Shown piece after piece: positions 1-8,265 of a stretch of DNA of 15,800 bases (position 1 is its first letter; the number at the start of each line of letters is the position of its first letter). Source of the DNA: an uncultured archaeon (GTDB lineage Archaea > Asgardarchaeota > Heimdallarchaeia > Heimdallarchaeales > Kariarchaeaceae); assembly GCA_964645535.1 (NCBI GenBank), contig CAZYCQ010000036.1:1-15800 (forward strand), in the 5' to 3' direction. The translations under genes were made by a program, and so were the position numbers. The notes under the pieces are model-generated. The model ran no database searches, was not told the DNA's origin, and saw nothing but the letters and a program-made list of their open reading frames with translations.

Positions 1-64
1 CAACTGCAGTTTGTTTTATTTCTCTCTGTTGGCTCCTCCCTCCATTCCTACCAATTTTCAGCAT
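1..64 (-). CDS. Partial CDS (N-terminus, runs off the window edge); possibly RNase P protein component 4 (Rpp21-like)
   Basis: Manual translation from ATG at 64 (minus) gives MLKIGRNGGRSQQREIKQTAV... open to the edge. It is divergent from the FKBP gene. 'REIKQTAV' resembles the Rpp21 N-terminal helix (K.IA.ERI). Only 21 codons are visible. Confidence 0.3.
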   Translation of the reverse strand, partial: MLKIGRNGGRSQQREIKQTAV

Positions 65-110
65 AACAAACCAAATGCTTTAATTGTTCAAAACAGAAAC
101 TTAAATTTAG

Positions 111-803
111 ATGGAGAAAGTCACGGAAGGATCTTTTGTTAAAGTTGACTATATTGCCAAAAAGGCTGAAGACAATACTGTTTTTGACACTACCATTAAA
201 GAAATTGCCGAGAAGCATGGTATCTTTTCTCCCAGCAAATTCTATGAACCTATTCTCTTAGTAATTGGAAGAGAATGGCTTCCAAAGATTGTCGAGGATA
301 GTCTCTTGGGAAAAACCGTCGGTGAAAGCGTTGAGGTGGACGTTCCTTTCGCAGATGCCTTTGGTCCTCATGATCCTTCCAAGATCAAACTTGTACCTCG
401 ACGCGAATTCCAAAAATTGCAGATCAATCCCCAAAAAGGGGAATATGTCAATATCAGTGGACAAGAGGGACTAATTCTTTCCGTCTCCCCAGGAAGGGTA
501 CGCATTGACTTCAATCACAAACTAGCTGGTAAAGACCTCCATTATACCGTCACCATACGAAAAGTGATCAATGATGAGCTCGAAAAGATACAGGCACTTA
601 TCAACCGAAGACTTCCTGGTGCCGATATCTCTGATTCAATCATTGAAATCAATGGTGAAGCTCTTGATGTGATTCTTCCTGATAGGGTACGGTTTTATGA
701 ATACATCCAGTTTGCAAAAAAAAATATTGCCAAGGACATTGGTGCCATATTGGGGAAGTACACAGAAGTTCACTTCCATGAGACCTATCCCACAAAAGAA
801 TGA
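111..803 (+). CDS. slyD: FKBP-type peptidyl-prolyl cis-trans isomerase, archaeal long type (SlyD-like with IF domain and C-terminal extension)
   Basis: Motifs VKVDY, VFDTT, AFG..DP, RVRIDFNHKLAGKDLHY. The ~75 aa C-terminal domain is typical of long archaeal FKBPs. No His-rich tail. Confidence 0.92.
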   Translation: MEKVTEGSFVKVDYIAKKAEDNTVFDTTIKEIAEKHGIFSPSKFYEPILLVIGREWLPKIVEDSLLGKTVGESVEVDVPFADAFGPHDPSKIKLVPRREFQKLQINPQKGEYVNISGQEGLILSVSPGRVRIDFNHKLAGKDLHYTVTIRKVINDELEKIQALINRRLPGADISDSIIEINGEALDVILPDRVRFYEYIQFAKKNIAKDIGAILGKYTEVHFHETYPTKE

Positions 804-873
804 ACTCCAGTTGGGCGCATTCCAACAAGGTTGAGAAATATATCTTAATAAGCTAGATGACATTACCTTCGTT

Positions 874-1536
874 ATGGTAATTGGACTGGAAACATCCTTT
901 TCTGAACTCAAGAAATATACTGTCGTGGATAACGAAGGTGTTGAAGTTGGCAAACCAATTGACATTGTTTTTGAGATTGAAACGGATGTCCTTACAAAAT
1001 TAATCCTTGGGGGTTCGTTCATCGAGGAGATGAGAGAAAGATTGGGGTTGAAGGAAGACGATGACCCCGTAGTTTCTATTACGGACATTCAGAAAGTGGA
1101 AAACCAGACTATCACTTTGAATGTCTCAAAGGAAAACTTAGGACACAAACTTGAATCGGGGGCAATTGCCCAAAATGAACTTCTCTTCTCTGTTGTCTCA
1201 AAATACACAGTTTTCGCCAGCGACGGAGAAAAACTTGGTAGATTTATTGACGCGGTTATCCATGTGGACAACAGCTTGTCTTTTATCATAGGGGATTCAA
1301 TGTTCAAGGAATTCCTAGAGCGGGTGGGATTGACTCCCGACTTTGATCTTCTTGTTCCTTGTACCCAAATCAAGGAAATCCTTCCTGCTGAAAAGAAGGT
1401 CACTCTCGCCGTAACAAAAGATCTTCTGCTGACCACGCTTGATGGTCTTCCATACCAAGAGGGTATTGATAGGCTGAACATCTCCAGAAAAGCAGGTAGG
1501 GAAGCTGACTACATGAGATTCAAGGTTGCAAATTAA
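874..1536 (+). CDS. Tandem PRC-barrel domain protein (two barrels)
   Basis: Two internal repeats match the PRC consensus: FSELKKYTVVDNEGVEVGKPIDIVFE and FSVVSKYTVFASDGEKLGRFIDAVIH, each followed by the '(V/L)V(S/P)...I..I' strand. Confidence 0.8.
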   Translation: MVIGLETSFSELKKYTVVDNEGVEVGKPIDIVFEIETDVLTKLILGGSFIEEMRERLGLKEDDDPVVSITDIQKVENQTITLNVSKENLGHKLESGAIAQNELLFSVVSKYTVFASDGEKLGRFIDAVIHVDNSLSFIIGDSMFKEFLERVGLTPDFDLLVPCTQIKEILPAEKKVTLAVTKDLLLTTLDGLPYQEGIDRLNISRKAGREADYMRFKVAN

Positions 1537-1549
1537 GAAGGGAGAATCA

Positions 1550-2149
1550 ATGGGAATATATCCTATTCAGTTCTCAAAGATCCGCAGAAAAATTATTGTC
1601 GACTCTGAGGATGTCGAAATAGGTGAACCTGTAGATATCGGTTTCTCCTTGGAACTGGAACCTAAATTCTTTGTAGTGGGCGGAGGTTTCATTGAGGAGT
1701 TGCTGGAGATGCTAAAACGAAGAGAAGACGTGGATCAGTTGGTTAAACTTGATCAAATTGAATCCATATCTGATGCCATTTACCTCAATGTTGCAGAGAC
1801 TGAGCTTCTTCGATCAGAAAACCTTTCATTGATGGATGAAGGCATTGTTCTGTTCTCTGAGATTTGCAGAATCCCCCTTTTCGACGGCAACGGTATCCCT
1901 CTTGGAAATGTAAAGGACGTTGTTTTTTCTCCCGATAAGACCGAATTTATTTTCTCTGATCCCCAATTCAATAGGCAGATGGCAGAAAAAGGCTATGGTC
2001 AGCGGATTGAGTTTATTCTTCCAAAATCTTATTTCTCATTCCAGCCCGGTTTACTTTCGATTTCTCTGTTAAAAGAGGATATTGAAAATAAGGCACTCAA
2101 AGAGGTAGTTCCCAAGAAACGTGGCAAGCAAGTCATTGCCCCAGTTTAA
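1550..2149 (+). CDS. Tandem PRC-barrel domain protein (two barrels), paralog of upstream gene
   Basis: ATG at 1550 follows a GAAGGGAG SD-like site, so it is preferred over the 1526 start. Repeats FSKIRRKIIVDSEDVEIGEPVDIGF and FSEICRIPLFDGNGIPLGNVKDVVF. GGGFIEE matches GGSFIEE of the upstream gene. Confidence 0.78.
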   Translation: MGIYPIQFSKIRRKIIVDSEDVEIGEPVDIGFSLELEPKFFVVGGGFIEELLEMLKRREDVDQLVKLDQIESISDAIYLNVAETELLRSENLSLMDEGIVLFSEICRIPLFDGNGIPLGNVKDVVFSPDKTEFIFSDPQFNRQMAEKGYGQRIEFILPKSYFSFQPGLLSISLLKEDIENKALKEVVPKKRGKQVIAPV

Positions 2150-2916
2150 AGAAACATTCCCCGATCCGCCCCACTAGATTCCTTCTCATCATCCAAATTC
2201 TCTGTGGCATCCATCATGGATTGAATTTCTCTTTCAATGTTTTCAGCTTCCTTGATCAATTCTTCCACTCCACAATCTGTCCCAAGAAGGTCATTGACGA
2301 TTTCAACCGCATGGCTGGCGCCAATTGGATCCGGACGTGAACGTTCTGCATATGGGAGAATTGCAATTCCGGGAAAATCATACAATTCACAGTACATCAG
2401 CAGAAGGGCAAGTGGGCCTGTAACATAAAGTCCCTCATCAAGGCTAGGGACATTCGCGGCTGGAAACATTTCTCGGTACATGGTGGTGTAGACTGCCTTC
2501 GCAAGAACTTCCTCTTCTGTCCTCAAACGGGAGTCCAAACCGCCGATCAAAATAGCATTGCTCATCCGATTTGTTTTGGCCCATTGAACAACCGCCTTTG
2601 CAAACGCCCTATGCTCATACTTGTAGGGCTCGAAGAATGCTGCCAAGAAGACGACATTTCCCACCTTGTATATCTCAAATGGCAAAATCAAGTCATCATT
2701 TCTCACTGAGAGGAATGGGGGAAGGTACTCTGTCACCACAAATCCAATTCTTCTTGCACCAAGCTTCTGAATCATGTGATTTACTGCAATGAAACCAATC
2801 TTCCCGATTCCGTAAAAACCTGTGACTAACGTACAACCTGAAAGGTCTTCCCCATTTGTAAGGAATTCTATGGGATTGCTCCCCGTCTCAACCCGTTCTA
2901 TTTTTTTGTCGTCCAT
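2146..2916 (-). CDS. PAC2-family proteasome assembly chaperone homolog (PbaA/PbaB-like)
   Basis: LVTGFYGIGKIGFIAVNHMI, ILIGGL, VTGPLALLL, RPDPIGA, EELIKEAENIE helix, and acidic tail ending GMFL. Confidence 0.88.
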   Translation of the reverse strand: MDDKKIERVETGSNPIEFLTNGEDLSGCTLVTGFYGIGKIGFIAVNHMIQKLGARRIGFVVTEYLPPFLSVRNDDLILPFEIYKVGNVVFLAAFFEPYKYEHRAFAKAVVQWAKTNRMSNAILIGGLDSRLRTEEEVLAKAVYTTMYREMFPAANVPSLDEGLYVTGPLALLLMYCELYDFPGIAILPYAERSRPDPIGASHAVEIVNDLLGTDCGVEELIKEAENIEREIQSMMDATENLDDEKESSGADRGMFL

Positions 2917-2966
2917 TTCTTCCGATTATATGTACTCTGTCACCTATTAAATGACTTCCATTGTTT

Positions 2967-3965
2967 TCAAAGCAACCCTTTGAGGTAATTCCGATAATTT
3001 ACCCTGTAGGAAGGGTGGTATTCCGGTTCATTGTCCATAATCCTTTCAATCTCCTCTACAAGTTCTCTTGAAAGGTTAATTTCCCCTGCTGCCGCATTCT
3101 CTCTGACCTGTTCTGGCTTGCTCACCCCTGTGATCAGTGAGCTGATCTGTGGTCTGCTCAATGCCCAAGCCAGGGAAAGCTGAGTCAACGTCATATCATT
3201 TTCCTTGGCTAGCTCCCGCAATTTACGGAGTTTTGCAAAGACTTCTTCTGTCATCTCCCTCTCTGCCAACTTGTTGTACCTTGCGTGCCTTGAATCTTCT
3301 GGAATTCCGTCCAAATACTTGCCTGTGAGAATCCCTTGGGCAAGAGGCGACCAGACGGTAATTCCAATTCCATGGCCATCAATTGTATACCATAGCTCCT
3401 TTTCAATATAACGATCCAAAAGGTTGTATCTGGGTTGTTCCACAGCAGGTGGTCGAAGACCGAGTTCCTTGGCAATGCCGACTGCCCGTTCAATCTCCGC
3501 TGCAAACCATGTTGATGTTCCCCAATAATTGACAAGTCCCTCGTCAATAAGATTGTTCATGGTTCTGATGGTCTCTTCAAGTGGTGTTGAATAATCATAA
3601 CGATGACAGAAATAGATGTCTAAATAATCCGTGTTCAATCTGTGAAGGCTTTTCTCAATAGATTCCCGAATGTGCTTTTGAGATAGCCCTCGATCATTCG
3701 GGTTTTCTGACATCTTTCCGTAGACCTTTGAACTGATTACAAATTCAGCTCTGTCCCGATCTTTGAGGAACTCTCCAACGACTCGTTCAGATTCTCCTTT
3801 GTTATATACATCTGCCACATCAATAAAGTTTATTCCTTCCTCAACAGCAACTTCTAGACTATTGAGAGATGTCTGATCATCAACATTCATTCCAAAGGTC
3901 AACCATCCTCCAACACTGATCGCAGAGACTTTTGTTCCATATTTTCCCAATTTTCGGTATTGCAT
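2967..3965 (-). CDS. Aldo/keto reductase (Kv-beta/YghZ-like subfamily)
   Basis: MQYRKLGK.G.KVS..GGWLTFG, catalytic D..DVY, SSK, DIYFCHR, YWGTS, EQPRYN, WSPLAQGILTGKY. Confidence 0.93.
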   Translation of the reverse strand: MQYRKLGKYGTKVSAISVGGWLTFGMNVDDQTSLNSLEVAVEEGINFIDVADVYNKGESERVVGEFLKDRDRAEFVISSKVYGKMSENPNDRGLSQKHIRESIEKSLHRLNTDYLDIYFCHRYDYSTPLEETIRTMNNLIDEGLVNYWGTSTWFAAEIERAVGIAKELGLRPPAVEQPRYNLLDRYIEKELWYTIDGHGIGITVWSPLAQGILTGKYLDGIPEDSRHARYNKLAEREMTEEVFAKLRKLRELAKENDMTLTQLSLAWALSRPQISSLITGVSKPEQVRENAAAGEINLSRELVEEIERIMDNEPEYHPSYRVNYRNYLKGLL

Positions 3966-4075
3966 GCATTCCTATCCTTGCAGAAAATAAAAAGAATACG
4001 GATTTCCTAGTCAATTTCAACATCGTAACGGGAAACTTCCGATCAATTGAAATTCGAAGGCAGAATGATGGAAAT

Positions 4076-4927
4076 ATGATTAAAAACGTCTCAGTTATTG
4101 GTGCTGGCCAGATGGGTGCTGGAATTGCCCTTGTCTGTGCCATCAATGGATATGACGTTGTTCTCAATGATATTGAACAAAGGTTTATTGACAATGGTCT
4201 CAACAGGAACAAGGCGTGGCTTGAGAGACAAGTTGAAAAGGGAAGAATCACTCAAGAAAATGCAGACCAGATTTGGTCTCGGCTCACAGGTGAACTTGAC
4301 CTGCAATCTGCAGTCAAAAATGCAGATTTGGTCATTGAAGCCATCATCGAAAACTTGGAAATCAAGAAGGAACTCTGGAAAAAGGTTGGCGAATTTGCTC
4401 CAGCACATGCCATTTTCGGTTCCAACACTTCCTCCCTCTCCATCACAGAAATGGCGGTTGCTTCTGGCAGACCCGAGAAGTTTTTGGGAACCCATTTCTT
4501 CAATCCCCCTGTCATTATGAAAATCATTGAATTCATTAAAGGATATTCCACCTCTCAGGAAACCCTCGAAAAAGCCATTGAATTCGGAAAATCCTTGGAT
4601 ATGAAGACTGTTCTTGCCGCAGAAGCACCTGGTTTTATTGTGAATAGAATCCTTATTCCCATGCTCAATGAAGCATACTTTGCACTTCAGGAAGGCGTTG
4701 CGACCAAGGAGGATATCGATTTGGCCATTAAAATGGGACTGAACCATCCGATGGGTCCTTTTACTCTTAGTGATTTCATTGGACTTGACACTATCCTTTA
4801 CATTGCCGAATATCTCCATAAAGAACTAGGTGAGGATAAGTACCGTCCCTGCCCCCTGCTCAGGAAAATGGTACGTGCAGGAAAACTCGGACGCAAAACG
4901 GGTGAGGGTTTTTACAAATACGATTGA
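4076..4927 (+). CDS. hbd: 3-hydroxybutyryl-/3-hydroxyacyl-CoA dehydrogenase
   Basis: Start reassigned to ATG 4076 (MIKNVSVIGAGQMG Rossmann motif). Also DLVIEAIIE, SNTSSLSI, GTHFFNP, PGFIVNR, HPMGP, DFIGLD, GKLGRKTGEGFYKY. Confidence 0.93.
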   Translation: MIKNVSVIGAGQMGAGIALVCAINGYDVVLNDIEQRFIDNGLNRNKAWLERQVEKGRITQENADQIWSRLTGELDLQSAVKNADLVIEAIIENLEIKKELWKKVGEFAPAHAIFGSNTSSLSITEMAVASGRPEKFLGTHFFNPPVIMKIIEFIKGYSTSQETLEKAIEFGKSLDMKTVLAAEAPGFIVNRILIPMLNEAYFALQEGVATKEDIDLAIKMGLNHPMGPFTLSDFIGLDTILYIAEYLHKELGEDKYRPCPLLRKMVRAGKLGRKTGEGFYKYD

Positions 4928-4976
4928 TCCAGTCCAATGCCACTAATATTATATTTTCCCCTCCGAAAAAAGAAGC

Positions 4977-5378
4977 ATGGTATCGATCTCTCAAATCGCT
5001 ATCGCAGTGGAAGATATTGACAAAGCCAAAGGTGTTTTTGAAACTCTTATCGGCAAGCCTGCTAGCCAGCCCCATCTTGTTGAATCGCAAAATGTAAACG
5101 TCTCCTTTATCGAGGTCGGAGAAACCAAGATTGAACTCCTTGAACCTGCTGCTCCCCAAACTCCCATTACTAACTTTCTTGAGAAAAGAGGTGGTGGTAT
5201 TCACCATATAGGCATCAAGACCAACCAATTCGATGAGATGATTCAAAAGCTCAAATCCATGGGTGTCAGAACTCTTGGTGATCCCACTGTTGGTGCAGAA
5301 GGGCATCGTGTGATCTTTTTCCATCCCAAAGATACCTTTGGCGTTCTTATTGAACTCGAAGAGGCATCTGACGAATGA
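4977..5378 (+). CDS. mce: Methylmalonyl-CoA epimerase (VOC superfamily)
   Basis: KIELLEP, FLEKRGGGIHHI, GAEG..V.FFHPKDTFGVLIELEE. Confidence 0.87.
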   Translation: MVSISQIAIAVEDIDKAKGVFETLIGKPASQPHLVESQNVNVSFIEVGETKIELLEPAAPQTPITNFLEKRGGGIHHIGIKTNQFDEMIQKLKSMGVRTLGDPTVGAEGHRVIFFHPKDTFGVLIELEEASDE

Positions 5379-5908
5379 ATGAGGGCATTGACGACTGGGT
5401 TCTTATCCGTAAGAAATCCACAATTTCCACAAATGATGATGTGGCTGAACTTCTTGACAAGGGAATGGATAAAGTTGCAGTGATCAGCGAAATTCAGACT
5501 GGTGGAAGAGGAAGAAAAGGGAATTTTTGGCATTCCCCCCGTGGAGGAGTCTGGCTCAGCTTGGGGATGCATGCGGACGTTCCTGCCCAAGATCTGGTGA
5601 CTCCCTTCGTGGAAGGACTTGCGCAGGCTCTCACCCAAAAGTTTGGAACTTCTTTCTCCGTTAAACTCCCCAATGACATTTTCCTTAACAACAAGAAAGT
5701 GGCTGGAATTCTTATGGAAACAATAATTCAAAAAGATAGAATCCTAAGGGTTGTATTGGGAATTGGTATCAATGTAATTAATGAAATTCCTAAGGAACTC
5801 CATGAAATTGCCACTTCCCTTTCCCAAGAAGGTATTGAGGTAACGACTGATCAAGTCTTTGATCTAGTTTTCAAAATTGCATCGGATTTCCTCGACGGTC
5901 TCGCATGA
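5375..5908 (+). CDS. birA: Biotin--protein ligase, catalytic domain only
   Basis: STND, QTGGRGRKG.FWHSP, VKLPNDI, KKVAGIL.E, GIGINV, ATSL. ATGA overlap with mce. Confidence 0.85.
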   Translation: MNEGIDDWVLIRKKSTISTNDDVAELLDKGMDKVAVISEIQTGGRGRKGNFWHSPRGGVWLSLGMHADVPAQDLVTPFVEGLAQALTQKFGTSFSVKLPNDIFLNNKKVAGILMETIIQKDRILRVVLGIGINVINEIPKELHEIATSLSQEGIEVTTDQVFDLVFKIASDFLDGLA

Positions 5909-6002
5909 GAACCATAATTTAAAATCCTGAAATGCCGAATTGCAATTGCGTGAAATGATGAAAAGAGAGTCACCGATCTCGTTTGAGAAATGATTGAACA
6001 TC

Positions 6003-6659
6003 TTAATTCTGATCACGCAATTCCTGTGCTATCTTTGTAATGAATCTTCCTCGTTCAAGCATTGACCCTCTTCCAAATTCCTTGAACTGGTGGTAACTAC
6101 AGGAAATCCCCTTTTCCTCAAGCCTTTGGCTTAGCTTTTCCCGTTCAACCATGGTTGAATAGGTCTCAGATAGGACAAAAAGGACTTGATCAAAATTGTT
6201 TTGCAGAACAAACTGCTCAAGAATTCCGGAAAGGTTGCTTGACTTCCAAAAAGTCTTGAAGGTTTTTCCCTCTGGTGTCTTATCAACCGATTTGACATCA
6301 TAATTGCGAATAGGATCATCATAAAGAATTATGCCATAAAAAGGAGAGACAATGACCATATCGATTTTCTCATTTTCTTGAATTGCTTCCCACGCCTTTG
6401 TGGCGATTTGTGAATACGTTCTTCCAGTATACCTTCTGAAGGCAGGAAGCAATTGGATGCCGGGATTCTTGAAGCTAGGATGAATATCTGGACCTTCCGG
6501 TTCAACGATGAATTCAAGAACCTTCTTGCGCAATTGGAGCAGTGTGTCCGCAGCATCCGAGGAAAGATGGTCGATCATAGTTCCCCTTTCCTTGAAAAAT
6601 CTTGTCTCTCCTCCTTCCATTTTTGATTTTGAAGTGGCATTCACGATAAGCGTTTTCAT
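6003..6659 (-). CDS. YaaA/DUF328-like protein (peroxide stress/DNA-binding family)
   Basis: N-terminal strand + SKSK, LLPAFRRYTGRTY, IVSPFYGII..DPI.NYD, FWK, LSETY resemble the YaaA motifs PA..RY.G..Y and SxLYG...P.D.I..Y. Confidence 0.65.
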   Translation of the reverse strand: MKTLIVNATSKSKMEGGETRFFKERGTMIDHLSSDAADTLLQLRKKVLEFIVEPEGPDIHPSFKNPGIQLLPAFRRYTGRTYSQIATKAWEAIQENEKIDMVIVSPFYGIILYDDPIRNYDVKSVDKTPEGKTFKTFWKSSNLSGILEQFVLQNNFDQVLFVLSETYSTMVEREKLSQRLEEKGISCSYHQFKEFGRGSMLERGRFITKIAQELRDQN

Positions 6660-6702
6660 CGATTTCCTTATTGTCTTCGCATTCTTAATGTTACTCGTTC
6701 GG

Positions 6703-7116
6703 CTAACTGAAGTCTATCCGTTTTCTCTTGCTGTAATCTTCTGAAAACTTATAGAAGTGTGTAATGGTCATATCCCCCATCTTGTAGCATAAGAACACAG
6801 GCTCAAATTCTCTGAGGGTGATGAAATTGATGATTCCTCTTTCCCAATCATGTACAATGACATCATTTTGGAGGAATCTGAGCTTCAATTCATGGAGATG
6901 CTCACAAATCTGATCCAACTGAAATCGTTTAAAGGCAATCTGATCTGCATTTTCTCCTTTCATTCGCAGCAGTTCTTCCCTCAACTCCTTGTAACGGTGG
7001 AATAGGTCGACTGCTTCTCTGAGCATAGGCTCCAAAAAATGAATTTTCTCTTGTGCCTCTACAAGATGCAATGCTCGAACAGGAATCTCCTGTCTCGAGA
7101 ATAAGTCCTCATTCAT
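6703..7116 (-). CDS. DUF2203 family protein (divergent)
   Basis: Coiled-coil middle, then VHDWERGIINF ... VFLCYKMGD..ITHFY..SEDYSKRKRI, matching the DUF2203 pattern KD...GLVDF...LCW..GE..I..WH....GF.GR.P. Confidence 0.7.
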   Translation of the reverse strand: MNEDLFSRQEIPVRALHLVEAQEKIHFLEPMLREAVDLFHRYKELREELLRMKGENADQIAFKRFQLDQICEHLHELKLRFLQNDVIVHDWERGIINFITLREFEPVFLCYKMGDMTITHFYKFSEDYSKRKRIDFS

Positions 7117-7173
7117 CTGCCCTAAAACAGTTTTTCACTTAAATAACTTTTATTGTCAGAAGGTTCTGCCTTT

Positions 7174-8265
7174 TCAGTTATCCTTTGGAACCTGATCCTC
7201 TTCAATAATCCCAGTTCGTTCTAATGCCTTGACCACCGCCCTGCGTGTCACTCCTGTAGACAATATGGTGTACCGTTCTGGACGAATGGATTGGGCCATG
7301 AGGATTGCCTTCACTAGGGTCTCCGGTTCAACACCAATTTGACTTGCCTTAATTGGTGCTCCAATAATCTCCAAGGTTTCTTTAATTTCCTGCCAATTGC
7401 CTCCATGTAGGTACATCGTGAAAATTGACATCATGCCGACCTGTTCCCCATGAAGGGCTGGATGATCTACCAACTGATCTAAGCTGTGAGAAATCAAATG
7501 TTCAGCCCCACTTGCAGGACGAGATGAACCTTCTATGCACATGGCCATGGAACTGGTGATCAGTCCCTTGAATACATGATATGCGCCCTTGATTGGATCC
7601 TTTGCAATCTCTTCCCTTGCTTCAATCATGGATATCGCGGAAATTTCCGCCAATGTCGATGCATAGGATGACTTATGTTCTCCTGTGATCCGACGTGAGA
7701 GTTCCCAATCCATAATGGCTGTCTTATTTGAAATAACATCGGCACAGCCTGAGATCGTAAACCGTTTGGGTGCCTTCGCTAAAGTGGCAATATCCCCTAC
7801 CACCAATATCGGTGCTTTGGAAGGAAAGGATCCTTTCACATCAACACCATAGAGTGAAGCCCGTGCACTTGCAATTCCATCATGGGATGCCGCAGTTGGT
7901 ACTGAAACAAAAGGTATGTCATACTCAAAAGATGAGAACTTGCACACATCAATTACCTTGCCCCCTCCCACTGCCACAGCAAATGTTGCACCAACTTCCT
8001 TATAGAATTCCATGGCTCGTCGAGCCTCTTCCGTTGTTGCTTCCTTGATATTCAGGTTATGCACTGAATAGCCGGTATCTTCCAAAATCTGTTGAACTCT
8101 TTTTCCAGCCACATTGTATGTTCTATTTCCTGAGAGAAGTGCAACCTCACCTTTCAACTGAAGCTTTTTCAGATTTTCCGCAATATGGTCGATTGCATTG
8201 AGCTTGACATCAAAAAGGCGAGGAAGTTCGATAATTGGCCGATCGACTAATCGGGAAAAACTCAC
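7174..8265 (-). CDS. egsA: NAD(P)-dependent sn-glycerol-1-phosphate dehydrogenase
   Basis: GTG start. VGGGKVIDVCK, VPTAASHDGIAS, DWELS, SSRPASGAEHLISH.LD, ALHGEQVG, IRPERYTIL. Confidence 0.95.
   Translation of the reverse strand: MSFSRLVDRPIIELPRLFDVKLNAIDHIAENLKKLQLKGEVALLSGNRTYNVAGKRVQQILEDTGYSVHNLNIKEATTEEARRAMEFYKEVGATFAVAVGGGKVIDVCKFSSFEYDIPFVSVPTAASHDGIASARASLYGVDVKGSFPSKAPILVVGDIATLAKAPKRFTISGCADVISNKTAIMDWELSRRITGEHKSSYASTLAEISAISMIEAREEIAKDPIKGAYHVFKGLITSSMAMCIEGSSRPASGAEHLISHSLDQLVDHPALHGEQVGMMSIFTMYLHGGNWQEIKETLEIIGAPIKASQIGVEPETLVKAILMAQSIRPERYTILSTGVTRRAVVKALERTGIIEEDQVPKDN

Noticed and set aside
874-2149. Assigning cdpB or rimM symbols to the PRC genes
   Set aside because: The tandem architecture and inserts differ from both, and orthology cannot be shown without a phylogeny.
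3932-4075. N-terminal extension of hbd
   Set aside because: It overlaps the divergent AKR start, and the Rossmann motif begins right after ATG 4076.
4091-4819. 242-aa antisense ORF
   Set aside because: It lies wholly opposite the conserved hbd and has no recognisable motifs, so it is a shadow ORF.
5938-5947. AATTGCAATT palindrome between convergent birA and YaaA-like genes
   Set aside because: A short AT-rich palindrome with no loop or other support, plausible by chance.
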